From a virus: DNA of 64,000 nucleotides. The notes below the pieces were generated by a model, which was not told where the DNA came from, ran no database searches, and worked only from the letters and a program-made list of their open reading frames with translations. Shown one piece after another: positions 19,200 to 27,824 of this stretch (position 1 is its first letter; every line of letters begins with the position of its first letter). Both the position numbers and the translations under genes were made by a program. The stretch is taken from positions 12,279 through 76,278 of IMG/VR virus record IMGVR_UViG_3300001589_000003; one strand, given 5' to 3'.

Positions 19200-19366
19200 T
19201 GAATATGAAAAATACATTTGATTACACAGCCAAGAGCAAAGAAGGAAATGACATCAATGGACAAGTGTTAGCTGAATCACACGCTGATGCTTATGACTAC
19301 TTATGTGAACAAGAGTACACAGAAATTAATGTTAAACGACATTTTGAAGTGGACGAGCTTCGTTAG
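19199..19366 (+). CDS. 55 aa protein resembling the PilC/GspF N-terminal domain
   Basis: Translated by hand: MNMKNTFDYTAKSKEGNDINGQVLAESHADAYDYLCEQ...; TAATG coupling. Confidence 0.45.
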   Translation: MNMKNTFDYTAKSKEGNDINGQVLAESHADAYDYLCEQEYTEINVKRHFEVDELR

Positions 19367-19377
19367 TAGGCTTATTA

Positions 19378-19450
19378 CCTACAACGCTCATGAATATAAG
19401 GCGTGTGGGCTGGTTTTGCGTTGTAAATGCCTTTATATTTAATGTTATCA
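19378..19450 (+). repeat. attC-like imperfect hairpin
   Basis: CTACAAC ... aatataaggc / gcctttatatt (one extra base) ... GTTATCA. Confidence 0.4.
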
Positions 19451-19487
19451 CACGTTTATTATGGTAGGAAACTTTTAAGAAATAAAT

Positions 19488-19883
19488 ATGAATAAAGTAG
19501 AGAAAGCCCTAAAGGTTGTAGATTACTCATCTTACAACCTAATTGCCCATTACCATGATAAGGAGTTTAGTCATACTATACACATCATGTTTAAGAATGG
19601 TTCAGGCTATTGTAGAGTTTATTGGTTCGATGATGACCCAGTCAATATCTACCTAGAATACCTAACCGTTAGTAAGGCTTTTCAGAAGCAGGGTAAGGGA
19701 GCACATCTCCAGGTTTTAAGGGAATCCATAGGTAGAGCAATTGGAGCAACCAAATCTAATCTGTGGGTAATGGAAGGTACGTGGATGCAAGAATGGTACA
19801 GAAGGAGAGGCTACGTTGATACTGTACCACATGAGAAAGAGCCTGGTAGTATTTGGATGGAAAAGAACATTAGAACTAGATAG
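19488..19883 (+). CDS. GNAT-family acetyltransferase
   Basis: LTVSKAFQKQGKG motif A and WYRRRGY. Confidence 0.75.
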   Translation: MNKVEKALKVVDYSSYNLIAHYHDKEFSHTIHIMFKNGSGYCRVYWFDDDPVNIYLEYLTVSKAFQKQGKGAHLQVLRESIGRAIGATKSNLWVMEGTWMQEWYRRRGYVDTVPHEKEPGSIWMEKNIRTR

Positions 19884-20250
19884 AGTTATGAGAAACTATA
19901 TGAAGCCCCAGAAGAAGAGAAACCGGTGGGACCCTTATAACCCCAAAGTATCACTTAGAGTCAAGAACGCTTATAGGAAGGTAGGGTTCACTATGACGAG
20001 GCTGGAAGATACATGCCCTACTTGCATGGGTGATAGGGAACTATGTAGAGCCAAGAAAGTCAAGGTTGAGGTTAATAACTTTATGGTTATATATTGTTCT
20101 AAAAGCTACTACATACTAGTATACAAAAAGATGTCAACCCTTGGCAAGTACCTAGAACGAATTGTTCTGGATTATCCGAAACCCTTAGGAGTTTGCCTGA
20201 AAATTCCCGTACTAAAAAAGGCACACGGTGTGAATAGAGGATATAAAAAT

Positions 20251-20289
20251 GAGGAAAGGAATAGGGGATCAATCCCTATCCAATCCCTC
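20251..20289 (-). terminator. Hairpin terminator at the convergence of plus and minus genes
   Basis: ggaatagggga-tcaa-tccctatcc stem; T-run follows on the minus strand. Confidence 0.5.
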
Positions 20290-20306
20290 ATGCATCAATC
20301 AATAAT

Positions 20307-20717
20307 CTATCCTATAATTGATTTAAGATAATCCAAAAGATTCTTGCAATCTTTGAGATCAATCTCATTCCTTGAAGATGAGAAATTCTCTATCTTAAAA
20401 TCTTGGATTTTCCAATTCTCTTTATAGAATTCCATAAATGATTCAATTGAGATCAATCTCTCTTCATCTGATCTATCTTTTCCAAGGATATCATTGATAT
20501 ATCCTCTTAATCCTCTTCTGATCTTCGATCTCTTTTTCTTCTTATCCTCTGATCCTAATGCATCTAATCCCTTATATATGGATTTAGATGATCCCTTGGC
20601 ATCTTCCTTATCCAATAGAGATTTCTTTCCTTTGGATAGATCAATCTTGATATTAGATGCATTCAATGCATCATTAGATTGAGATTCTTTCTTTGCATCC
20701 TTTAATTGATTTTTCAT
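20307..20717 (-). CDS. Basic putative pre-early protein lacking Thr and Val
   Basis: 136 aa ORF inside the island with its own promoter-like repeat. Confidence 0.75.
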   Translation of the reverse strand: MKNQLKDAKKESQSNDALNASNIKIDLSKGKKSLLDKEDAKGSSKSIYKGLDALGSEDKKKKRSKIRRGLRGYINDILGKDRSDEERLISIESFMEFYKENWKIQDFKIENFSSSRNEIDLKDCKNLLDYLKSIIG

Positions 20718-20742
20718 GATATTAGATTTAATTGATTAATAA

Positions 20743-20995
20743 ATTATTGATTTTCAAATATTATAAATGATTTTGGATTATCCTATATAAATGATTAAAA
20801 AGATTAATCCCTCTATAAAGATAGATATTCCCATGATGAATTTAAATTTCATGATCTTAATTTCTTTTCTTGATAATCCGATAGATTCCTGAATGATGAT
20901 TTGATTTTTCATGATCTTGATTTATTTAATTGATTATTGATTTTCAAATATCTAAATAAATTCTGGATTATCCTATATAAATGATTAAAAAGATT
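20743..20995 (-). promoter_or_regulatory. Tandem duplicated promoter-like blocks (20743-20805 and 20933-20995)
   Basis: 63 bp near-identical direct repeats, each with ATATTTG upstream of an MKNQ-starting ORF. Confidence 0.65.
20778..20912 (-). CDS. 44 aa membrane peptide lacking Thr and Val
   Basis: Translated by hand: MKNQIIIQESIGLSRKEIKIMKFKFIMGISIFIEGLIFLIIYIG. Confidence 0.55.
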   Translation of the reverse strand: MKNQIIIQESIGLSRKEIKIMKFKFIMGISIFIEGLIFLIIYIG

Positions 20996-21194
20996 CTCGG
21001 TAATTTCTCTCCTAACTCATGGACAATTCCGGTCGGCTGGTCTCATACACAAAGAAGGCCTGTAGCGCAGTACTTGGCCTCAGACCCTTTTATTCTTTGT
21101 AGTATTGGAATTATATGGAAGTGAATAAGATATTCGTATTTCGTGATCTAATCCACTAGAGATATGAGTGGGTATGCCTATTTCTAACCGAAGA

Positions 21195-22019
21195 TTAATC
21201 TATAATCTCTCCGTCATCCTCTCTTCTACCTTCATGGGTACCAGGCCCCTTACCCTTCTTTCTTTTCTTGGGTTCAAGGCTTATGGCCTCAGACTTAAGG
21301 TTCCAGCCCCTTTGCTTAGTTGCCACAATCTCCGGTACATCACCCTCTAGGTATTGAGCCCCCAGAGCCTCCTGTTGGGTACCGCTCTCTAGTAATGGTT
21401 GCTCTCTCTGGGCATCTATCATTTTCACAGCCTCATTGGTACCTATGTAGTTCTGGTTGTTGGCCTGTTGGTTATTATTGTTAATAACAGTAGTAGGGTC
21501 TGATGGTGTAAGAGTCTTGACTAAGTCCGCAATTGGCTTAAGACTATCCATTTGGTTCTTGATGGCTCCATTCAACGCTGATGTAAGGAATGGTACGTAG
21601 CGATCTCCTTGCTCACGCTTGAGCACCTGAACTTGGTTCAAAGCCGTGCCCCGGTCAGCCAGAGCCCCTTGAACTGTCATAGCCAACAAAGCCCGATATG
21701 TATCTTGTAACCCATCCTCTCCGTCACCTATTGCTGTCATACTCCTTACGACCTTGGTTGTGGCTTTTATGACTCTACCAACAGGCATATCAACGAAGTC
21801 TGCTAACTCTGTAATAGATATCACCTTGCCATTCACTTGATATCCATCCTCTATATATCTATGCAGTATTCTCTCTTGTATTCTCTTGTAGAGTTTTTCT
21901 CTTTGTTTTTGGTCATCTTCAACATGATAGGCTTTCATTGCCATGGTTAGTCCTGCGGTTCTTGGTACCCTAACCTTTCCGTCATCTACAGGCTTCTTTC
22001 TTTGTTTAGTCTTTTTCAT
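21195..22019 (-). CDS. Candidate terminase small subunit / DNA-binding protein
   Basis: HTH-like ITELADFVDMP, helical core, TVINNNNQ segment; no TerS next to TerL. Confidence 0.35.
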   Translation of the reverse strand: MKKTKQRKKPVDDGKVRVPRTAGLTMAMKAYHVEDDQKQREKLYKRIQERILHRYIEDGYQVNGKVISITELADFVDMPVGRVIKATTKVVRSMTAIGDGEDGLQDTYRALLAMTVQGALADRGTALNQVQVLKREQGDRYVPFLTSALNGAIKNQMDSLKPIADLVKTLTPSDPTTVINNNNQQANNQNYIGTNEAVKMIDAQREQPLLESGTQQEALGAQYLEGDVPEIVATKQRGWNLKSEAISLEPKKRKKGKGPGTHEGRREDDGEIID

Positions 22020-22184
22020 TGTCTTGTGGTATTATGGTCATGTTAGTAAACTCTGGTGCTTTGTTATGTAGTGCTACAATGTCCACCCTCATAATGTAGT
22101 CTTGATATAGTGTTCCATCCTCGTCTACACTCATCCCATCTGGTACTGGTGTTATAGTTATATCGATGTCCTTATCTTTCTTCA
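22006..22184 (-). CDS. Hypothetical protein (approximate start MKKDKDID)
   Basis: ORF track. Confidence 0.4.
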
Positions 22185-22189
22185 TTTCT

Positions 22190-22504
22190 TTAGTGTTTAT
22201 GGTCTGGAGCAGTCCTGGTGTCTGAATACTCCACATTTGCTAGGTAATCATAGTACCAGGCCTTCCAATATTCTTCCTCTGATGCATCGAATGACCAAGC
22301 TTCCCAACCTTTACCTTGTATGATTGCCTCCTTGATCTCTTCATCATGACTACCTCTCATATCTACATGATCACCATTGAAGGTAACTTGGTGCTCATTC
22401 ATTTCTTTGAACCAATTTTCTTCATCCAAATAATTATCTATAAATGAATAATCTTTGATCTGCAACCCTTCTTCAATTAATGCATCCTCTCTTAAATTTT
22501 CCAT
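22190..22504 (-). CDS. Acidic early protein (start MENLRED)
   Basis: ORF behind an AC/GT-free promoter patch. Confidence 0.55.
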   Translation of the reverse strand: MENLREDALIEEGLQIKDYSFIDNYLDEENWFKEMNEHQVTFNGDHVDMRGSHDEEIKEAIIQGKGWEAWSFDASEEEYWKAWYYDYLANVEYSDTRTAPDHKH

Positions 22505-22563
22505 GATCTTATATATTTGATTTTCAATAATCAATATAGAGATAATAAATGATTGATCCTATT

Positions 22564-22956
22564 TTAATTGATCCCACCTTGTCTAGGTTCGGGTCTATTT
22601 GGTGTATCTGGCATTTTATCAGTGTACCATATATGTTTGTCAGCCCAATCTATTTCTAGGCCTTCTTCAAGAAATACCTCTTCGTGTACCATCACGTTGG
22701 TTATCATCTCTTTGATCTCTTCATCAGAGGGTCTTGGGTCTACCCCTTCAAAGTCCTTGAGTGCTTTAGCAAATATAGCAGCCTCCATTACAGTTTGGTT
22801 TTCATCCTCTAAGGGTTTACCTTCCTTAAATAACTCATCTATCTCATCCAGTATGGTATTGCATTTACCTTGAATGTTATTTGCTTCTTGACGTAAAGCT
22901 TTAAGCTCATTCATTTTAGATGTTATGTTCTCGTGTATTTCTTCTAATCTGCTCAT
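22564..22956 (-). CDS. Hypothetical coiled-coil protein
   Basis: ORF track. Confidence 0.5.
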   Translation of the reverse strand: MSRLEEIHENITSKMNELKALRQEANNIQGKCNTILDEIDELFKEGKPLEDENQTVMEAAIFAKALKDFEGVDPRPSDEEIKEMITNVMVHEEVFLEEGLEIDWADKHIWYTDKMPDTPNRPEPRQGGIN

Positions 22957-22958
22957 GG

Positions 22959-23174
22959 TTAATATTCTTTTATTACTGGTTTATAATATCTCTCTAGTTC
23001 TTTCTGTGTAATAGTCTCCTTTTCATCAACTGGTCTATAGGTACTAGTGTATAGATTCCAGCCATTGGGTAGTTTTATATCCTTCACATCCCTCTCTACT
23101 TCTTGTATAGTTCCCTTAGCTATGTTTAGTCTAAAGATTTGATCTTTGTTTTTGATGTGGTGGATTATAACCAT
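22959..23174 (-). CDS. Hypothetical protein
   Basis: ORF track. Confidence 0.45.
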   Translation of the reverse strand: MVIIHHIKNKDQIFRLNIAKGTIQEVERDVKDIKLPNGWNLYTSTYRPVDEKETITQKELERYYKPVIKEY

Positions 23175-23363
23175 CTAGGGTTTTCTTAGATTAAGTAAGC
23201 TTGGTTTCCTCTTCAACCAATCAGCCTTTGATTGCTGGTGATCATGGGTCTCCTTCTGCTCATCATCACAAGGTATTCTATCGCCTTTGGTTTTAGCTTG
23301 TTTTCTTGGATTAGTTAAGTCCATAAGAAACTTGTCTTGTTTTTGTTGCTTAGTCTTTTTCAT
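23175..23363 (-). CDS. Hypothetical basic protein
   Basis: ORF track. Confidence 0.45.
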   Translation of the reverse strand: MKKTKQQKQDKFLMDLTNPRKQAKTKGDRIPCDDEQKETHDHQQSKADWLKRKPSLLNLRKP

Positions 23364-23658
23364 AATGTCTTCTTTAATTCTTTAATAAGAGTAGTTTTCA
23401 TGATGTTATCTTCTATGTAGTGTAGATTGGCCCTATGTTGCAGATGGGCTATCCCACTAGGGGCATGGTTGTTTCCTATAAACTTAATTATAGTCTTTTT
23501 TAGCTTTAGTAAGCAAATGATCTTTTTCAATCTCTTTTCTAATTCCCATAATTTTTCTATTCTTGGTTATCCAGCATCATATCATAGTTCTCAATATCAT
23601 CATGATAAAATTTGGCTTCCTCCAATTCCTTAATAGATTTATATATAATTTTTTTCAT
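23360..23658 (-). pseudogene. Early gene split by a frameshift near 23560
   Basis: MKKIIYK...NQE-stop, then IEKLWEL...KKTL in the -1 frame ending in an ATGA overlap. Confidence 0.4.
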
Positions 23659-23697
23659 AATTAAAGATATGCATAAATATTGGATAATCAAAATTAT

Positions 23698-23907
23698 TTA
23701 ATCGGGGTTCTCAGAGTTTAAGTCTACGGCCTCCAATATTAGAGCACCTAATGTTGCAATTGATTCCGGTGACAGTTGATTTGCAGGATTAAGTAATATT
23801 AATCTAAGTCTTAATGGTAATGATCTCACTAGACTTCTATTAGTGTCATGGGAATTACGCCTTTGTTTCACTTTTCCCATACTGAAGTGGTATTTTGTTT
23901 TAGGCAT
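23698..23907 (-). CDS. Hypothetical protein
   Basis: ORF track. Confidence 0.4.
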   Translation of the reverse strand: MPKTKYHFSMGKVKQRRNSHDTNRSLVRSLPLRLRLILLNPANQLSPESIATLGALILEAVDLNSENPD

Positions 23908-24191
23908 ATTAATATATAGTTTTTCTGATTTTGTTCCTTTCTTTAGCCAAGAGAGTTTGCTCTCTTCTTACTTCTTCGGTTTCTTCTTCCTGTTTCTTGG
24001 GTCTTTGTCTCTTCAAGAATGCGGGTAGTTGGGTAAAGTTCTTCTTCAACCTAACTATCATCTGTCTTCGGGTTCTATTTTGTTTCATGGTTTTTTAATT
24101 TAAAGTAGATAAGCCCGAAAGCTAATCAATCCACCGGTGGAGTTTTATTTTCAGATTAAAGCACATTCTCAAAAGAAACTAAGCTCTTTTT

Positions 24192-24671
24192 TTATTCAAA
24201 TTGTTTGTTATAATTTTCTATATGAGCAGTAGCGTTGAAGTCCTTGACTAACCAATCAATATTTCTTGGTACTGCCTTATTATCGTAAAGTACGTCTTTT
24301 GGTGATTTATAACCCATCAATTGTAGAGTTACCTTAATGTCCTTATGGGTTCTAAATGATATAGGGTGTATAGGTTCTTTTTCTAATCTAGGGTCTTTAC
24401 TACCATCTTGTCTTTTTTTGTGCCAGACTCTTTCTCTACCTGCTAATTGCCAATGCTCTAAGTATAATATGCAAGCAAATTCATCTAGTCTTAGTAGTCT
24501 GGCTATAGGTGGGCATTTATCTGCTTGCAGCGCCATTCTCCGTATCTCCTTTTCAGCACTGGTTGCGGCTGGAGTGTTAGCTCTTATAGAGTTTAAATAA
24601 GTGGGTGTAGCTGATACCCAAGTAGGGGTAAATGTTTCAGCATGACAGTTTTCGTTGATTTCTTTTTTCAT
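24192..24671 (-). CDS. Hypothetical protein
   Basis: ORF track. Confidence 0.55.
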   Translation of the reverse strand: MKKEINENCHAETFTPTWVSATPTYLNSIRANTPAATSAEKEIRRMALQADKCPPIARLLRLDEFACILYLEHWQLAGRERVWHKKRQDGSKDPRLEKEPIHPISFRTHKDIKVTLQLMGYKSPKDVLYDNKAVPRNIDWLVKDFNATAHIENYNKQFE

Positions 24672-24676
24672 GGTTA

Positions 24677-25189
24677 TTAAGTTGGTGTCTCTAAGTATTC
24701 TTCGCTTATTGGCTTACCCAGTATAGTTTTTAGAAATGGTAGCCATATATCTGGGTTATTCCTTGGGTACATATCATCTATATCGTTATCATTCATAATG
24801 TTTAATATAGAGGGAAAGTCCCAGGCTTCATTAAATAGCATAATGTAGAAGTCTTTCTTGGTCTTTATTGCTTTTACTTCTTTGAGCGTGACACTATCCT
24901 CAAATATTTCATCAAGGTCTTCCATAGTAGCGATGAAGTCTTTCTTCATTTGGTCGAGTGATTTCATGTTTTCTTTCTTCGATTCTCTAGCCTCTTGTCT
25001 TTCCCGTCTACCCTCACAAATGTGGAACCAATCTATAGCTGTAGGTAAATTCTCATCTGGTATCTTACCTTGTATAGCTTTGGTGAAATCTTTAATCTCC
25101 ATATCTTTATTGTAATATGGTTTAATTGCATTAACAATTTGGTTGTAGGTTTTAAAGCTTTTCATAATATTATTATTTAGATTTTCCAT
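24677..25189 (-). CDS. Early hypothetical protein (start MENLN)
   Basis: Directly after TATATTTA element. Confidence 0.55.
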   Translation of the reverse strand: MENLNNNIMKSFKTYNQIVNAIKPYYNKDMEIKDFTKAIQGKIPDENLPTAIDWFHICEGRRERQEARESKKENMKSLDQMKKDFIATMEDLDEIFEDSVTLKEVKAIKTKKDFYIMLFNEAWDFPSILNIMNDNDIDDMYPRNNPDIWLPFLKTILGKPISEEYLETPT

Positions 25190-25228
25190 AATTAAATATA
25201 AGAATATATTATCTAATATCAATAGACC

Positions 25229-25390
25229 TTATCTCTTTTTTAATTGGTCAGCTTTAAAGTCTACTCTTTGTTTCGATCTCTTTAACTTGACCATAAATGG
25301 GAACCATGCCCACCCTTTCTTTTTGATCTTAACTACAACCCCTTTACCGTTTGGAGTCTTAACCTTGTTACCCTTCTTTAGTTTCATCAT
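25229..25390 (-). CDS. Small basic KOW/SH3-like protein
   Basis: Translated by hand: MMKLKKGNKVKTPNGKGVVVKI... Confidence 0.45.
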   Translation of the reverse strand: MMKLKKGNKVKTPNGKGVVVKIKKKGWAWFPFMVKLKRSKQRVDFKADQLKKR

Positions 25391-25869
25391 CCTATTGTTA
25401 TAGTTCTACCAAATAGTTTGTTTAGCATCTCAGTTCTTAAGGTTTTATAGTTTACAATTACGCATCCTAGGTCTGACCTCATAATACTTTCACAATCTTC
25501 ATCTGGGCTGTGGTGTAATCCAAGTGCTGCATGTCCTAACTCGTGCATCATTATTACCTCTCTACTTATTAGATCTTTCTTGGCCCATCTCTTCTCATCA
25601 ATTACTATGTTCACCTCCAGCCTACTCCAAGAGCAATCAAAGGCTATACCTTGTATACCCGGATAAATTTTATAGTATGAACTTAAGTCCCCAAATAATA
25701 TGCTTACATCACGATGTGAGTTGTTCTGTCCTCTGATCATACCTTCACTTAGGAATAGCATGTAGTATTGATCTAGCTCAGGGTCTACAGCATAGATGGG
25801 CTCTTTTCTGAATAGGTAGCAGCTATTCATCATCATTAATACTAGGATTGATATTAGTGTTCTTTTCAT
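25387..25869 (-). CDS. Lipoprotein zinc metallopeptidase (HExxH)
   Basis: Lipobox-like MMNSC; HELGHAALGLHH and SIM Met-turn. Confidence 0.7.
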   Translation of the reverse strand: MKRTLISILVLMMMNSCYLFRKEPIYAVDPELDQYYMLFLSEGMIRGQNNSHRDVSILFGDLSSYYKIYPGIQGIAFDCSWSRLEVNIVIDEKRWAKKDLISREVIMMHELGHAALGLHHSPDEDCESIMRSDLGCVIVNYKTLRTEMLNKLFGRTITIG

Positions 25870-25985
25870 GATTTCTAGTGATTTAATTTATATATTTTAA
25901 TATGATTCATCTAATATATGGAAGATTAAACTAGATTCAAAATCTTTATAACCAAAAAGCCCAGAGTATTAGTCTGGGCTATTGT

Positions 25986-26219
25986 TCAATCTCTGAAAAT
26001 CTCATTATGTAATATTCTCTCATTTATCTCCATTGACCCAGAGTATACTAGTACCCAGATGATAATTCCTAAGGCTATCATAACTGGTGATGATAAATCA
26101 AGTACCCTTATACTATAGACTGTTGGAATTATAGAGAGAGTTGTTGCAATTAACATCGCAACCTTAACGAATTGAGATACCTTCTTTTTCAAGAGGGCTC
26201 TTGCTAAACGTAAATCCAT
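25986..26219 (-). CDS. Two-TM membrane protein (approximate start)
   Basis: Hydrophobic segments. Confidence 0.45.
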   Translation of the reverse strand: MDLRLARALLKKKVSQFVKVAMLIATTLSIIPTVYSIRVLDLSSPVMIALGIIIWVLVYSGSMEINERILHNEIFRD

Positions 26220-26320
26220 AACCTTTTCATTTGTTTGACAATAAACAATGCCCAAGACTTAGGATCAAGGGCATTGTTTTCAGATATTAAATCTTCGTCA
26301 GATTGCCTTCAAGCGGGTTG

Positions 26321-26749
26321 CTATACCCTAAGGTTCTCCGATCTTAAGTAACCAAAGGCTGTCTGTCGATACCTCTTGTTACTGTGCTGTGGGTTTAGTT
26401 CCCATCTGTAGCCTTTCCTCGTTAGAGCAGTTATAGTAATAGATTCGTCTTGCGGTATACTTAAATCATACCAGGCAAAATATAGGACGTCAATCTGTTT
26501 ACCATAGCTTTCCTTAAAGAGTAGTCTGTTATACTTGGCTCTATGTTCAAGTTTGACCTCAAATGTAACATATCCAACCTCTACGGTATTTAGGATAGTT
26601 ATTTCAAGAACTTGGGTTGGAGCTTTCATAACAACATCAAAGCTATTATCAAGTGCAACAGTGACTTCTTTTTCGATAGAGGTCAGACCGTTTGCCAATA
26701 CACTTCCTAGAAGGGTAAAGCAAAATACTAGGCTCAGTAACCTTTTCAT
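26321..26749 (-). CDS. Signal-peptide-bearing hypothetical protein
   Basis: MKRLLSLVFCFTLLGSVLA leader. Confidence 0.55.
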   Translation of the reverse strand: MKRLLSLVFCFTLLGSVLANGLTSIEKEVTVALDNSFDVVMKAPTQVLEITILNTVEVGYVTFEVKLEHRAKYNRLLFKESYGKQIDVLYFAWYDLSIPQDESITITALTRKGYRWELNPQHSNKRYRQTAFGYLRSENLRV

Positions 26750-26798
26750 CTCATCTGTTTTAGTTTAACATTCATTTAATAAAGTCTTTAATAGTCTT

Positions 26799-27005
26799 TT
26801 AGTATTGTTTTATTTTAATTGTTGTCCATTTTTTAAATCCTATGAGTACCCAGTCATCTGTTTTCTTGAGTGCTCTGAATGCTTGATCATAAGTAAATTG
26901 CCACATCCAATCTATCTTCTCAAGCTTGAGTATGATGGCTCTCAAAGATTTAGCTTTGTATTTCTTTTTGCCTTCTGGCGTCTCTATTTTTACCCTGTAA
27001 CTCAT
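26799..27005 (-). CDS. Hypothetical protein
   Basis: ORF track. Confidence 0.45.
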   Translation of the reverse strand: MSYRVKIETPEGKKKYKAKSLRAIILKLEKIDWMWQFTYDQAFRALKKTDDWVLIGFKKWTTIKIKQY

Positions 27006-27820
27006 GCCTTATAATTAGGTTCTGTGGCTTTTATAAAATCAATCATATCTACCAATAGGTATATGTCTTCTATTATGTCTTTCTCCTTATCGTTAAACCT
27101 CCCGTCATACTTTAGGTTTCTATCATACTCTAGTTGTAGGTAACTCTTTGCCTGTCTTTCCTCTTGTGAAAACTGTAAAGTTAAAATATGATCGTGGTAC
27201 TCCATTTGATGTTCTCTCATGAATACCATACCTACTTCTGTCTTGAAGGATTCATAGCTATCATCACCTTGGTATATATCCTCTCTTTCTAGGTCATTTC
27301 TAGTAGCGTGATTGAATGAGTCTATGTGTTCTACTATGTATTGACGTACCCTAGGTATGATCCACTCTCTATCATCATTGGCTGTGGTTATTCTGAGAGG
27401 TTCTGGTGTTAATTCTACCATGGAGTGATTTGGGTACTCTATCTTTATATTCATACCTGGCCTTCTGTAACTTGTGGTTCTACCATGTACATCTGTATTT
27501 ACATCTTCTATTGGAGGCTTTATTCCTCTTCTTCTGGCTACTTCTTCTAATGTAGGAACGTCCATTCCTGCATCTAATAATGCCTCTAATGTTTGTTTTA
27601 GCTGCTTATAGGTCATTTCTGATCTACCCATATTTCTACCTCTACCATCAAATAGTTCTTTTAATTCTCCTACATTAAACCCTCCTTGGGTTGGTACATT
27701 CCTCATGGCCTCTCTCCATTCATCCTCAGTAGGTCTGCCATGCATTTTGTTTGCCTTTCGTCCGAATTGCTCCATCCAAGAGGGTCTACCGTATCGGTTC
27801 TTATCGAAATTCTTACTCAT
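27002..27820 (-). CDS. Hypothetical protein
   Basis: 272 aa ORF. Confidence 0.6.
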   Translation of the reverse strand: MSKNFDKNRYGRPSWMEQFGRKANKMHGRPTEDEWREAMRNVPTQGGFNVGELKELFDGRGRNMGRSEMTYKQLKQTLEALLDAGMDVPTLEEVARRRGIKPPIEDVNTDVHGRTTSYRRPGMNIKIEYPNHSMVELTPEPLRITTANDDREWIIPRVRQYIVEHIDSFNHATRNDLEREDIYQGDDSYESFKTEVGMVFMREHQMEYHDHILTLQFSQEERQAKSYLQLEYDRNLKYDGRFNDKEKDIIEDIYLLVDMIDFIKATEPNYKA

Positions 27821-27824
27821 TGTG

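Larger units (their letters stand above)
20231..21000. other. 770 bp island with no AC or GT dinucleotide
   Basis: Read base by base; last GT before it at 20230-20231, next at 21000-21001. Confidence 0.95.

Noticed and set aside
19816-20331. 171 aa plus-strand ORF as one real protein
   Set aside because: It overlaps the GNAT gene and runs through the terminator into the opposite gene; only the middle part may be coding
20231-21000. AC/GT-free island as a low-complexity or assembly artefact
   Set aside because: All four bases are used; it contains intact ORFs, promoter-like blocks and a terminator, and the bias recurs at other promoters
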